A stretch of 64,000 nt of DNA from Bacteroidota bacterium (GCA_028873925.1 JAPPNA010000070.1:13821-77820), one strand, 5' to 3'. Counted from the stretch's first letter, positions 8,805 to 18,891 are shown. A program made the numbers and translations. Notes: generated from the sequence alone by a model not told the origin.

Positions 8805-11618
8805 TCACCGGCTGCTGCCTGCAGGCTGGGCGTTTTCCGGCAGCAGTACCACCTTTACGTACTGATCGGTGAGATACTGGTTGGCGGCCTGACGCAGATG
8901 GTCCGTATCAATGTGATCCAGCAGGTTGATGAGTTCGGGAATGTCCTCCAGGTTCAGGGCATCATCTTCAATGTACCCCTTGAGGGCACCCGCCCAGAAG
9001 CTGTTCTGCTCCATGCCGGTTTCGTGATCGCGGCGGTACTGGGCCTTGGTCTTTTCCAGATACGGGGTCAGGTCCAAGTCAGTTTGAATGGCCTTGATTT
9101 CATCGAATACCACCTGAGTAAGCTCCTCCACCCGGTCAGGGGCACTCCCGAAAAAGATGTTGATGCTGTACTTGCCCTTAGGCAGTTTGGTCAGAGCGCC
9201 GTTGACTGACGCGCTGTACACACCGGACCGCGCCTCCCGTAGTTCCTCCCGCAGGCGAATGTCCAGGACGCGCACCAGGGCCTTGAGCAGATAGCTTCTG
9301 TCATGGGAATACTCCGCAGCTCCGTGAAAAGCCAGGACGGTCTGCGCGCGTTCCTCCAGCCCCTTGCGGACCACCCGGGTGATGGTCCCTTTCGGTGAAG
9401 GCCGGGAGCGGTCAACCCACAATTCGTTTCGTCCCGTAGCAGGCAGGGCACCCAAATACCGCTCCGCCAGACCGCGCACATGGTTAGGATCAAAATTGCC
9501 GACCAGTATAAACGTAAAATCGCCCATGTCGGCAAATCGATCGCGATAGAAGCGTAACGCCGCGTCTCGGTCAATGCCATCCAGCAGCTCAGCAGTCAGC
9601 GGGCGATGCCGCGGGTCATCCGGAAACAGGGCCTTTAAGAGCGTATCATGGAATACGGACGATGGCAGTGCCTCCCGATTCGCAAGCATGGCCCGCTGGT
9701 GATTCTGAAAATACACAATCGCGGACTCGTCCAGCCGGGGCTGGGTGGCATAGAGGTAAATCAGCTGGAACATGATTTCCAGATCCGCCGGTGCGGCCCG
9801 CGCGGAAAAGCCTTCGCTCAGCGCGCCGATCACGGGAGTCACCGACACCATATGTCCGGTCAGCTTTTTGACAAGCGCAGATCTGTCAAAGTCGCCTACG
9901 CCACTGCGCTTCACCAGTATGTCCGCCAGGGTTGCATTCAGGTAATGGTCGTCGTCGGCTAATGAGCTCCCGCCGGGACTGAAGGCCTGCAGGAGAATCT
10001 CGTCGTTCTTGTAATCGGTGGGCTTGAGCACCACCCGCGGTCCGTTGGAGAGCGTTAGCATGGTCACATCCAGCGATTCAATGCACTCAACTTCCACCAC
10101 CTTACCGCCCGGCGGCATCGGACCGATCAGCGGAAGGTCCGAGTCAGTGTCTACATAGGGCGTGGGAGCAGACACATCGATTTCGTGCAAGACAGCCAGA
10201 AGATCTTCTTCAGATGGCGGGGTCAGATCGTCTCGCTCGGGCAATGTGGCAACCACCAGGCGGCCGCTACCCTGCAAATGAAACTCCAGCGCGCGATTGG
10301 CTTCCTGCAAGGTGATTTGCGGCAGGATCGACTGTGCCACCTCGTACATATACGTAGGCCCCATGATGGGGGCCTGGGTCAGGTAGTGTTGTACCATTTC
10401 CCATGCATGGGTACGACTGGGGGTCGTATCGTGCTCATTGGCTTCCCGTTCAAATGCACGCAGCAGCTGACGCTTCTGGCGTGCAAGCTCGCCCTCGGTA
10501 AAGCCGTGGTCTAGTGCCCGTTTGGATTCCAGCATCATGGCCCTAAAGCCGGAAATCAGACTGTCTTCGGCCACCTGGCAGGCTACGGTATAGGCCTTCA
10601 GGGGGCGGATCAGTTTGCTGGTGGTGGCACGCGCCCACAGGAACGGTGCACTTGTGCCGTCACGTGCGATTTCCGCGAATCTCCGGTTGAGCATACCCCG
10701 CGCCAACAGTCCGACCAGCCGACGGCGGATGTCGGTGATCGTCCGGGCGGGGGCTGATGGCCGGTGGGTCCCCACCTCAATCAACACAGTTGGCGTTTCC
10801 GGATCGGTGATGACTTTGACATGCGTTTCTTCGCTGGTAGAGATGTGAAACGTAGGCCTGGGGACGGGTGACTCTTCGGCAGCCCAGTCGTCAAAGTACT
10901 GCCGGATGAGTGCTTCCGAGGTTTCAACGGGCAGGTCGCCCACCACCACGACCGCCATCAGATCCGGCCGGTACCAGGTTTTGTAGAAGCGGGTGAGCGC
11001 TTCCGGTGTTCCGTTGTTGATAGTCAGGGTGTCGCCGATAGGCAGGCGTTGGGCATACTGCGAATCCCGCAGGACCAGCGGAAGGGTCTTCTCCAGAATG
11101 CGGCTCTGCGCTCCCAGCCGGGCACGCCATTCTTCCAATATGACACCGCGCTCGGCCTCAATCTCGGCGCGATCAAAGAGCCCGTTGGAGGCCCATTCAC
11201 GCAGCACTGCAAATCCCGTCCGCAGCACGTCCTGGCTGTCGGTGGGTACTTCAAGCATGTATACGGTTTCATCAAAAGAAGTGTAGGCATTGACATCCGG
11301 TCCGAACGTCATCCCGGCGAGCTCAAAGAAATCAATCAGATCCTGTTTCGGGAAGCGGACCGTTCCATTAAACAGCATGTGCTCCACAAAGTGGGCCATG
11401 CCAAGTTGATCCTCATCTTCCAGGACGCTCCCGGCATTGACCACCAGGCGGAGTTCCGCCCGGTCCTGGGGCTCACTGTTCTGACGAACGAAATAGGTCA
11501 GGCCGTTCTCCAGGGTGCCGACGGTGATCATCGGATCCGTCGGCAGCGGCTGTGCCTGGAGGAGGTGTGCGGCAAAAGTCATTGCGAGTGCGCCTGGTGT
11601 TGCCCATTTCATGGCCAA
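8805..11618 (-). CDS. M16-family (pitrilysin/insulinase-like) zinc peptidase, secreted, double-unit
   Basis: 937 aa with a signal peptide and the inverted zinc motif HxxEH in 'GMAHFVEHMLFNGT'. Its length is consistent with fused active and inactive M16 halves. Confidence 0.9.
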   Translation of the reverse strand: MAMKWATPGALAMTFAAHLLQAQPLPTDPMITVGTLENGLTYFVRQNSEPQDRAELRLVVNAGSVLEDEDQLGMAHFVEHMLFNGTVRFPKQDLIDFFELAGMTFGPDVNAYTSFDETVYMLEVPTDSQDVLRTGFAVLREWASNGLFDRAEIEAERGVILEEWRARLGAQSRILEKTLPLVLRDSQYAQRLPIGDTLTINNGTPEALTRFYKTWYRPDLMAVVVVGDLPVETSEALIRQYFDDWAAEESPVPRPTFHISTSEETHVKVITDPETPTVLIEVGTHRPSAPARTITDIRRRLVGLLARGMLNRRFAEIARDGTSAPFLWARATTSKLIRPLKAYTVACQVAEDSLISGFRAMMLESKRALDHGFTEGELARQKRQLLRAFEREANEHDTTPSRTHAWEMVQHYLTQAPIMGPTYMYEVAQSILPQITLQEANRALEFHLQGSGRLVVATLPERDDLTPPSEEDLLAVLHEIDVSAPTPYVDTDSDLPLIGPMPPGGKVVEVECIESLDVTMLTLSNGPRVVLKPTDYKNDEILLQAFSPGGSSLADDDHYLNATLADILVKRSGVGDFDRSALVKKLTGHMVSVTPVIGALSEGFSARAAPADLEIMFQLIYLYATQPRLDESAIVYFQNHQRAMLANREALPSSVFHDTLLKALFPDDPRHRPLTAELLDGIDRDAALRFYRDRFADMGDFTFILVGNFDPNHVRGLAERYLGALPATGRNELWVDRSRPSPKGTITRVVRKGLEERAQTVLAFHGAAEYSHDRSYLLKALVRVLDIRLREELREARSGVYSASVNGALTKLPKGKYSINIFFGSAPDRVEELTQVVFDEIKAIQTDLDLTPYLEKTKAQYRRDHETGMEQNSFWAGALKGYIEDDALNLEDIPELINLLDHIDTDHLRQAANQYLTDQYVKVVLLPENAQPAGSSR

Positions 11619-11660
11619 CTGATTATAATGCGGTAATCGTCGAATAATACGCCGATCCGT

Positions 11661-12875
11661 ATGACTTTATTCATGTGCAGGGTTTTCCGGTGCGGATATA
11701 TTTCCACATCACTCTTTGCGGCCGGCCTTCTGGCCCTGATCAGCGGCTCCACAGCGCACGCACAGGTGGAGGTATGGGTGGAAGGGGGACAGGAAGATCG
11801 ACCGGTAGCCGTAGTCACTTTTACCGTGGCGGGCGTGTCCGGCTCATGGCATGCGGTGGATTCGCTGGGCCGTACGGCATCGATGCAGGTCTCCCGCAGC
11901 GGGCAGGCTCAACTGGTGTTGGCGGACCTGCGTGCGGGCGAGAGACGCTGGCTGCACCTGCGCCCGGCCGTGGCAGCCCGCCCGCGTGTGATCGTAGAGC
12001 GGGCGGGACATCTCGCATCATTCCGCGTAGACGATCGGCCGATGATGGCGTACCACATGGAAAAAGGTCCCATGCCGCGGTCGGACATTGACTCCATCTA
12101 TCATCGGGCAGGATATTTGCATCCGGTGTATACCCCGGGTGGAAGGCTGGTCACCGATGACTATCCTCCAAATCACATACACCATCATGGTATCTGGGCG
12201 GCTTGGACGCGGACGCGATTCCAAGGAAGAACACCGGACTTCTGGAACATGGGTCGCGGAACCGGACGTGTGGATGTCAGCTCAATAGACAGCTTATGGA
12301 GCGGTGCGGTATCCGGCGGAGTGCGGGCTGAACACCGGTATGTTGATCTGGCAGGCCGGACGGTGGCCCTCTACGAAACCTGGCAGGTGGAGGCCTACGC
12401 GACCGAACTGCCGTTGAATATTTTTGATTTGACCCTGTGGCAGCGGACGGCCGGCGACAGTGCATTGTCGCTGTCTGAGCACCTGTACGGAGGTATGGGC
12501 TTACGTGGGCACCGGGATTGGAATGGGGAGGAACACGCGGATTTCCTAACCTCGGAGGGGCGCACCCGCGCGGACGGACACGCTACCCGCGCACGCTGGT
12601 GCCATGTGGGTGGCTGGGTGGAGGGCGAACGCGTCGGCATTGCTGTGCTGGGGCATCCGGATAATTTGGAGGCACCGCAGCCCATGCGCATTCATCCGTC
12701 AGAGCCGTTCTTCAACTATGCTCCGTCCCAGGCCGGTGAATTCCACATCCGGCCAGGCACCGTTACCCGATGGCGTTACCGGTTTGTCACTTATGACGGG
12801 CCGCCCGATCCGCTGCTGCTGGAGGCGCTGTGGACGGACTTCGCGCAGCCTGCGCGCGTTTCAATAGTGAACTGA
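11661..12875 (+). CDS. PmoA-family / DUF6807-like protein
   Basis: Signal peptide plus 'YLHPVYTPGGRLVTDDYPPNHIHHHGIWAAW', a His-rich motif I associate with DUF6807 (PmoA-like) proteins. Recalled, not searched. Confidence 0.6.
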   Translation: MTLFMCRVFRCGYISTSLFAAGLLALISGSTAHAQVEVWVEGGQEDRPVAVVTFTVAGVSGSWHAVDSLGRTASMQVSRSGQAQLVLADLRAGERRWLHLRPAVAARPRVIVERAGHLASFRVDDRPMMAYHMEKGPMPRSDIDSIYHRAGYLHPVYTPGGRLVTDDYPPNHIHHHGIWAAWTRTRFQGRTPDFWNMGRGTGRVDVSSIDSLWSGAVSGGVRAEHRYVDLAGRTVALYETWQVEAYATELPLNIFDLTLWQRTAGDSALSLSEHLYGGMGLRGHRDWNGEEHADFLTSEGRTRADGHATRARWCHVGGWVEGERVGIAVLGHPDNLEAPQPMRIHPSEPFFNYAPSQAGEFHIRPGTVTRWRYRFVTYDGPPDPLLLEALWTDFAQPARVSIVN

Positions 12876-12879
12876 GGCC

Positions 12880-14571
12880 ATGCATTTGCTCAAGCGAACG
12901 GTATATGATGCGATCGTAGTCGGTACCGGCATGTCGGGAGGCTGGGCCATGAAGGAGCTGTGTGAAAAAGGTCTCAATACGCTTGTGCTGGAGCGGGGGC
13001 GCATGGTGCGGCACATTACCGACTACGTTACCGAGCACAAGAATTCCTGGGAGCTGCCGCACCGCGGTCGGGTGCCCCCGGCGGTAGTCAGGTCAGATTA
13101 TCAGGTGCAAAGCAAGACCTACGTTTTCAGTGAGGCGACGCGCCATTTCTTTATGCGGGATTCCGATCATCCGTACGTCCAGCAGGAGCCGTACACCTGG
13201 ATTCAGGCCGATGTGGTCGGCGGCCGATCACTGATGTGGGCCCGGCAGAGTTATCGCTGGAGCCCCATGGATTTTGAGGCGAATCTGCGTGATGGACATG
13301 GGGTGGACTGGCCGATCCGCTATGCGGACATCGCGCCCTGGTACGATTATATTGAGCGCTCCATTGGGGTCAGCGGGCAGGCGGAAGGACTGCCTCAGCT
13401 GCCGGATGGCATCTTCCAGCCCCCCATGGAAATGAACGCGGTGGAGAAGCGGCTCAAAGCGCGTGTGGAGGCGACCTTCCCCGAGCGCACCGTAACCATC
13501 GGTCGCACCGCCACTCTGACGCGTGCGCTCAACGGACGCGCGGCCTGTCATTACTGCGGCCCCTGCGAACGGGGCTGTTCCACCAGCTCCTACTACAGCA
13601 CGGTCAGCGTAGCGCTGCCGGCGGCTCAGGCCACCGGCAACCTTACGTTACGCCCGAGGAGCCTGGTCTGCAGGGTGCTGTATGACGCGGGTACCGGCCG
13701 CGCCACCAGCGTGGAGGCGATTGACTTAAGCACAGACGAGCGACGCACCTATTCCGCCCGCATGGTCTTTCTCTGCGCATCTTCGATGAACACGGCCCGG
13801 ATCATGCTGCTGTCCAGGTGCCCGGATTTTCCGGACGGGATCGCCAATTCCAGCGGTACGCTGGGTCGCTACCTGATGGATCACCACTACCATGTGGGAG
13901 CGAACGCGGTGTTTGAGGGATTTGAGGATCGGTATTACCGGGGTAACCGCCCAAACGGGATCTATGTGCCGCGCTTCCGCAATATCAGCCCCGAAACCGT
14001 GCGGGAGGACTTTGTGCGCGGATACGGATTCCAAGGATCTGCGAGCCGTAGCGGCTGGAACCGCCGCCTGCGCGGATTCGGTGCCAAACTCAAGCACGCC
14101 CTGCGCACGCCCGGGCAATGGACGATGGGGTTGGGGGCCTTTGGCGAGACGCTGCCGCGTTATGACAATTACTGCGAACTGGATCCTGAAGTCACGGACC
14201 GGTGGGGACTGCCCGTTCTGCGGTTTCATGTAACGCGCGACGATAACGACCGAGCCATGCGCAGGGACATGATGGCTACAGCTGCGGAAATGCTCCACGC
14301 TGCTGGCGCAGCCAGTGTTACGCCATATGATACCTGGCAGGATGCCCCCGGACTCGGCAACCATGAAATGGGGGCAGCACGCATGGGGCGCAACCCGGAA
14401 ACCAGCGTACTCAACGGCTGGAATCAGTGTCACGATGTTCGCAACCTGTTTGTCACCGATGGGGCCTGCATGACATCGTCGGCCTGCCAGAATCCTTCAC
14501 TGACGTACCTGGCCCTTACCGCGCGCGCCTGTGACTATGCCGTGCGGCAGCTGGCCGACGGGCAGCTATAG
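12880..14571 (+). CDS. GMC-family FAD-dependent oxidoreductase
   Basis: N-terminal Rossmann motif 'YDAIVVGTGMSGGWAMKELCEKGLNTLVLERG' and the C-terminal GMC segment 'GNHEMGAARMG...NLFVTDGA'. Confidence 0.9.
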   Translation: MHLLKRTVYDAIVVGTGMSGGWAMKELCEKGLNTLVLERGRMVRHITDYVTEHKNSWELPHRGRVPPAVVRSDYQVQSKTYVFSEATRHFFMRDSDHPYVQQEPYTWIQADVVGGRSLMWARQSYRWSPMDFEANLRDGHGVDWPIRYADIAPWYDYIERSIGVSGQAEGLPQLPDGIFQPPMEMNAVEKRLKARVEATFPERTVTIGRTATLTRALNGRAACHYCGPCERGCSTSSYYSTVSVALPAAQATGNLTLRPRSLVCRVLYDAGTGRATSVEAIDLSTDERRTYSARMVFLCASSMNTARIMLLSRCPDFPDGIANSSGTLGRYLMDHHYHVGANAVFEGFEDRYYRGNRPNGIYVPRFRNISPETVREDFVRGYGFQGSASRSGWNRRLRGFGAKLKHALRTPGQWTMGLGAFGETLPRYDNYCELDPEVTDRWGLPVLRFHVTRDDNDRAMRRDMMATAAEMLHAAGAASVTPYDTWQDAPGLGNHEMGAARMGRNPETSVLNGWNQCHDVRNLFVTDGACMTSSACQNPSLTYLALTARACDYAVRQLADGQL

Positions 14572-14608
14572 TGCCATACCGAATGTTAGGTACAAACCGC
14601 TGAGGGTG

Positions 14609-15034
14609 ATGGGGTGCGATAAACAGGGATTGCGGATCCGGTCCCTTTTCTTCCTGCCGCTGCTGCTGGCCTCATTGTGGGCTGTCCCAACCGAGGCGCA
14701 GGATTCGCTTTCCGTTGAAGCTCTGATGAACAGTCTTTCTGATGGCGATGAAGAGACGTTGCTGGCTTGGGCCGGCCCGCGCGTCGAGCTCGCGCTGCTG
14801 GGTCAGCGGCGCCGATATACACGAGCCCAGGCCACCCATGTACTCCGGGATTTCTTTCAGCGCTATCCCCCCGAGGACTTTCAGGTGGATCACAGCCTTT
14901 CTCAGCAGGAAGATTGGTGGCTCACGGGAAGTTTTCTGATTCGTTACAATGGGGAGCGGATGCGGGTGTATCTCAGATTCCGCGGCACCTATCCTGTGTA
15001 TCAACTGCTTGCGATCCAGATTATTCGGGAATGA
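14609..15034 (+). CDS. Small secreted protein, DUF4783-like
   Basis: Starting at ATG 14609 gives the signal peptide 'LFFLPLLLASLWAVPTEAQ'. The body 'LRDFFQRYPPEDFQVDH...RVYLRFRGTYPVYQLLAIQI' resembles DUF4783 (recalled). Its stop overlaps the kinase start (ATGA). Confidence 0.5.
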   Translation: MGCDKQGLRIRSLFFLPLLLASLWAVPTEAQDSLSVEALMNSLSDGDEETLLAWAGPRVELALLGQRRRYTRAQATHVLRDFFQRYPPEDFQVDHSLSQQEDWWLTGSFLIRYNGERMRVYLRFRGTYPVYQLLAIQIIRE

Positions 15035-18000
15035 TGCGGGCACATCTGGCAAGAAATTCATCTCTGCTGGTGGTGCTGTCTTTGCTCGTAATTCTGAGCA
15101 TTACTTGGGGGCTGCGTAGCTGGCGTGTGGCGACCGTTCACTCGGATGTCTCCCAGCGGCAGGAAGCGGCAGTCAACGCGGCGGCCGAGCAGATCCGAGC
15201 GAATTTTGAAGGTCTCCAGCACTCAATGCTCGCGCTGGCCGCGGATGTGGCCGGTGACCTCCTTGTGGCGGAAGTGCTGGGATCATCTGACACCGTGCCG
15301 AGCGAAACACTGCTTCGTTCGCTGGACGCGCTGGATCTACCTCCGCGCCATGCCATTGCCTGTTTCACTTCTCAGATGGACCTGATCGCGTGGAAGGGGG
15401 TGAGTATCCCAGGGTCCGCACAGGTCACACAGATCCCTGCACAGGTGCATTGGGCGACCGCGCAGGATGGCGGTTGGCGGGATGCCCTGGTGGTATGGCA
15501 TCCGGTATTTGATGGCGGAAGGCAGGTTGGTGCGGTCAGGCTGACGCAGTTGTTGTTTGAGCGTCTGCCGGTCCAGAACGAATCTCTGCGCAACTATTCG
15601 GTAACAGATGACTGGGCCCGCCGGGTGGAGCTGCCGGTCAGTCTGATTCTTGGCGCAGCGGCGGACTCCACCTTCGCGCTCAGTTCGCTGAGAGGCGATA
15701 CGTTGGCCGGGCTGACCATCCTGCCCCCGACCGCTGCGGGGCTGATTGAGGTCGCATCCAAGCCGTATGACAGTCTAGCGGCCCTTTGGCTCACATTGCT
15801 GACGCTCTGGGTTGTACTGGTGCTGTGGAAGCGGCATGGCAATCATGCCAGTACACCGCGGCTGCTGATGCTGTCTGCTGCGGTCATCGGCGGCAGGTAC
15901 TTACTGTTGGAATTGGATGTACCGGCCCGTTTCCAGACGGGCAAGGCACCGCTGAGTCCGCTGTTTGACCCGGTGCACCACGCATCCACCCTGGGAGAGG
16001 GGCTTATGCGCTCTTCCGGTGATTTTCTGCTTTCGGCCCTGTGTCTGCTGGTACTCGCGGTAGCGGTCACCCGGCATGCGATGCGTCGCCGGCCTTCGCC
16101 TGTTCAGTCATTCACCTACACGACGGCATGGTCTATCCGAATGACGGCGGCAGCGCTGGCCACGGTTGCGCTGACCTGCGTGCTTGCGGCTGCGGTCCAT
16201 GCCAGCGTGTTTGACAGCACATTGGATTACGTTACGCGCAGCGATCTGCTGCCGGTCCCGCTGGAATTTGTCGTTTTCGGCGCGCTGGCCATTGCATCGC
16301 TCGCTACGCTGCTGCTGGCGGCCGGAATGGTGCGTCTGGCCAGCGGATCCGGCCGACTGCGCCTTACCTGGTACATCGTGACCCCGGTCCTGGCTGCTTC
16401 CATGGTTATGGCCCTGGCCACAGAACAGCAGTGGTGTCCCTGGTACGTGAGTGCGGCCTATCTGGTCGCAGGCGCATGGCTGGCCCGGCGGCTGACCTCG
16501 GAACAGTCAGCGGACTGGTTGTCGGTACGTCAGGTGCTCCTTGCCGTGCTCATGGTGAGCCTGTTGGTGTATCCACTGTTTTACCGCGGAATCAGTCAGC
16601 GAAAACAGGAGCAGGTCGCTTATGCGGCCGCTTCGTTTGAGACGGGCGACGAGCCGGGCATTTCCTTTGCCGTACGTGAGGTCGTGGAGGAAGCGCTCCG
16701 CCGCAACGAGCTGCCCGCGCTGCTGGAGGCAGATGCAGAGCTGGACTCTATGGCCGCCAGTCTTTTGCAGGGCACCTTACTGGCTTCACTGACATCATAT
16801 GATGCGAGCGTAGCCTTCTTGAACGCCGGCGGCGGGCTGCTGCATGTTTCCGGGCAGGGGGCGGATTCGGCCGGAATCATGGAGCTGTTTGGACAGATGC
16901 GACCGGAACAGGGACTCCTTGAGAGCACCTACAACTTTATTGAGCCTCTGATGCCCGGGACCCACCGCCATCAGTATGCCGGGATGAGCAATATCGGTGT
17001 GCCGGTACGCGGATGGATTCTCGTGCAGGCGCGGCCTCACATTGTTCTTGAAGAGGCTAACACTCCGCTGCTGCGCACGCTCCTGTCGTCCGGATACCGG
17101 CACCTGTACACCGGGCTGTCCCTGGCTTCGTTCCGTGATGGACTGCTGGTGCGCAGTGTCGGGCGCAGCTTTGAACGTTATGAGCTGGATGCGCAGGCCG
17201 CAGCAGCCCTGCAGGCATCGCCGGAAATCTGGCGGACCGAACAGATCCGCGGGCGCACCTATGATACCTACTACCATCAGATAAACGGTCAGGTGGTGGC
17301 CGCCCGATTACGTGTGATCGGGCTGACCGACCATCTGTACTATTTGCTGCGGTTGATGTCTGGAGGTTTTCTGGCTGGCATTCTGGTGATACTGGTGGGG
17401 CTGGTCTGGCGGTGGCGTGCGGGCCAGCTGCCAGCCTCCCGGGTCTACTTCCGGGACCGGGTGCTGAATGCCTTTATACTGGTGGGCGTGCTGGCGGTGA
17501 TACCGGTGGGCATTGGGGGAGTGGGGGTGATTACCGAGGAAAACGAAAAGGCGGTGCAGAGCTGGCTGCGTCAGCACCTCCAGCGTGTTGAAGAGACCCT
17601 GGAGAGCGAAGCGCGCCCGGGAGAGAGCAGCCTAAACGTCCTGAGTCGTATCAGTATTGACGCGCTGGCTGCCCGCTCCGGCCTGGATTTGAACCTCTAC
17701 CGCGGAGCCAGCCTGATTGCGGCCAGCCGTCCGCAGCTGATTACCGACCGTATCATTGATACGCGACTGCCTGCGTCGGTGTACCGCGCGCTGTATTTCG
17801 ATGCCGACCGTTTTACCTTCGTGGACCACCGGCTGGGCGACTTCACCTATACCGCCGGGTATCGGGCGATCCTGGATGAGGCCGGTCGGCCCCGCTATGT
17901 ACTTTCGGTGCCGGCATTGCCGGAGGCGGAGCGCATTGAAGAGGAGCGCGCACGCACGCTGGCCTACCTGTTCGGTGCGCTGCTGGCGCTCGGCATGATT

Positions 18001-18891
18001 GTGCTGGCCATTGCATCGCTCCTGGCGCGCACCCTGGCGCGTCCGATTGCGCGGTTGCAGCGCGGCCTGCAGGGGGTGGCGGAGGGCCGCTATGAGCAGA
18101 TGGTTCCCGTCCGGACCCGTGATGAGGTTGGGGATCTGGTGCGCACGTTCAATGCGATGCAGGAACAGCTGACCGAGAGTCGGCAGAAACTCGGTCAGCA
18201 GGAGCGCCAGTTGGCCTGGCGGGAAATGGCCCGCCAGGTGGCCCACGAAATCAAGAATCCGCTGACCCCCATGAAGCTGTCGGTGCAGCACTTGCGTCAG
18301 GCAGCGGAGTCCTCTGACCGGTCGGAGCCGCTATTCCGAGCGTTGTTTGAGCGGGTGACCCGTACGCTCGTGGATCAGATTGATTCGCTCGCCCATATTG
18401 CGAACGAGTTTGCCTCGTTGGCGCAGCTGCCGCTGCCGGATGTTAAACGTCTGGACCTGATTAAGGTCATCAGGGAGGCACATGCGCTGATGAGAGAGGA
18501 CACGCCGCCGCATGTCCGGTGGGTAGTGAACCTGCCGGATGGCAACTGCCCGGTGAGGGCCGACCGCAAGGCACTGCGCAGGATCTTCATTAATCTGATC
18601 AAGAATGCGCTGGAGGCCTTGCAGGATACCGCGGAGGGCACCATCCGAATTGACCTGGAGCTGCAGGACCGCACGGTTACGGCCACCGTGACTGATACCG
18701 GGCCGGGGATACCGCCGGAGTTGCATCCGCGTATTTTTGAACCCAGCTTTTCCACCAAGACGAGCGGAGCGGGTTTGGGGCTGGCTATTGCCCGCCAGAG
18801 CGCGGAAACCATGGGCGGCTCCATGGATTTTGAGAGCGTTCCAGGCCGCGGCACCACCATGCGCGTTAATCTGCCGTTGTTTGCCAACTGA
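15031..18891 (+). CDS. Very large multi-pass sensor histidine kinase (HAMP-HisKA-HATPase_c core, NtrY-like H-box)
   Basis: I started it at ATG 15031 ('MMRAHLARNSSLLVVLSLLVIL'). There are many TM segments, a HAMP-like 'ARPIARLQRGLQGVAEGRY', the H-box 'VAHEIKNPLTPMKLSVQHL', the N-box 'IFINLIKNALEAL' and the G-boxes 'DTGPGI' and 'GAGLGLAI'. No response regulator is present in the window. Confidence 0.9.
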   Translation: MMRAHLARNSSLLVVLSLLVILSITWGLRSWRVATVHSDVSQRQEAAVNAAAEQIRANFEGLQHSMLALAADVAGDLLVAEVLGSSDTVPSETLLRSLDALDLPPRHAIACFTSQMDLIAWKGVSIPGSAQVTQIPAQVHWATAQDGGWRDALVVWHPVFDGGRQVGAVRLTQLLFERLPVQNESLRNYSVTDDWARRVELPVSLILGAAADSTFALSSLRGDTLAGLTILPPTAAGLIEVASKPYDSLAALWLTLLTLWVVLVLWKRHGNHASTPRLLMLSAAVIGGRYLLLELDVPARFQTGKAPLSPLFDPVHHASTLGEGLMRSSGDFLLSALCLLVLAVAVTRHAMRRRPSPVQSFTYTTAWSIRMTAAALATVALTCVLAAAVHASVFDSTLDYVTRSDLLPVPLEFVVFGALAIASLATLLLAAGMVRLASGSGRLRLTWYIVTPVLAASMVMALATEQQWCPWYVSAAYLVAGAWLARRLTSEQSADWLSVRQVLLAVLMVSLLVYPLFYRGISQRKQEQVAYAAASFETGDEPGISFAVREVVEEALRRNELPALLEADAELDSMAASLLQGTLLASLTSYDASVAFLNAGGGLLHVSGQGADSAGIMELFGQMRPEQGLLESTYNFIEPLMPGTHRHQYAGMSNIGVPVRGWILVQARPHIVLEEANTPLLRTLLSSGYRHLYTGLSLASFRDGLLVRSVGRSFERYELDAQAAAALQASPEIWRTEQIRGRTYDTYYHQINGQVVAARLRVIGLTDHLYYLLRLMSGGFLAGILVILVGLVWRWRAGQLPASRVYFRDRVLNAFILVGVLAVIPVGIGGVGVITEENEKAVQSWLRQHLQRVEETLESEARPGESSLNVLSRISIDALAARSGLDLNLYRGASLIAASRPQLITDRIIDTRLPASVYRALYFDADRFTFVDHRLGDFTYTAGYRAILDEAGRPRYVLSVPALPEAERIEEERARTLAYLFGALLALGMIVLAIASLLARTLARPIARLQRGLQGVAEGRYEQMVPVRTRDEVGDLVRTFNAMQEQLTESRQKLGQQERQLAWREMARQVAHEIKNPLTPMKLSVQHLRQAAESSDRSEPLFRALFERVTRTLVDQIDSLAHIANEFASLAQLPLPDVKRLDLIKVIREAHALMREDTPPHVRWVVNLPDGNCPVRADRKALRRIFINLIKNALEALQDTAEGTIRIDLELQDRTVTATVTDTGPGIPPELHPRIFEPSFSTKTSGAGLGLAIARQSAETMGGSMDFESVPGRGTTMRVNLPLFAN

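Larger units (their letters stand above)
5772..9283. repeat. Diverged tandem direct duplication, two units of ~1.76 kb, each = [M16 peptidase 3' end + ATPase]
   Basis: Unit 1 spans about 7526-9283 and unit 2 about 5772-7520. The offset between homologous positions is 1767 nt (7101 aligns with 8868). The junction lies at 7520-7530. Confidence 0.8.
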
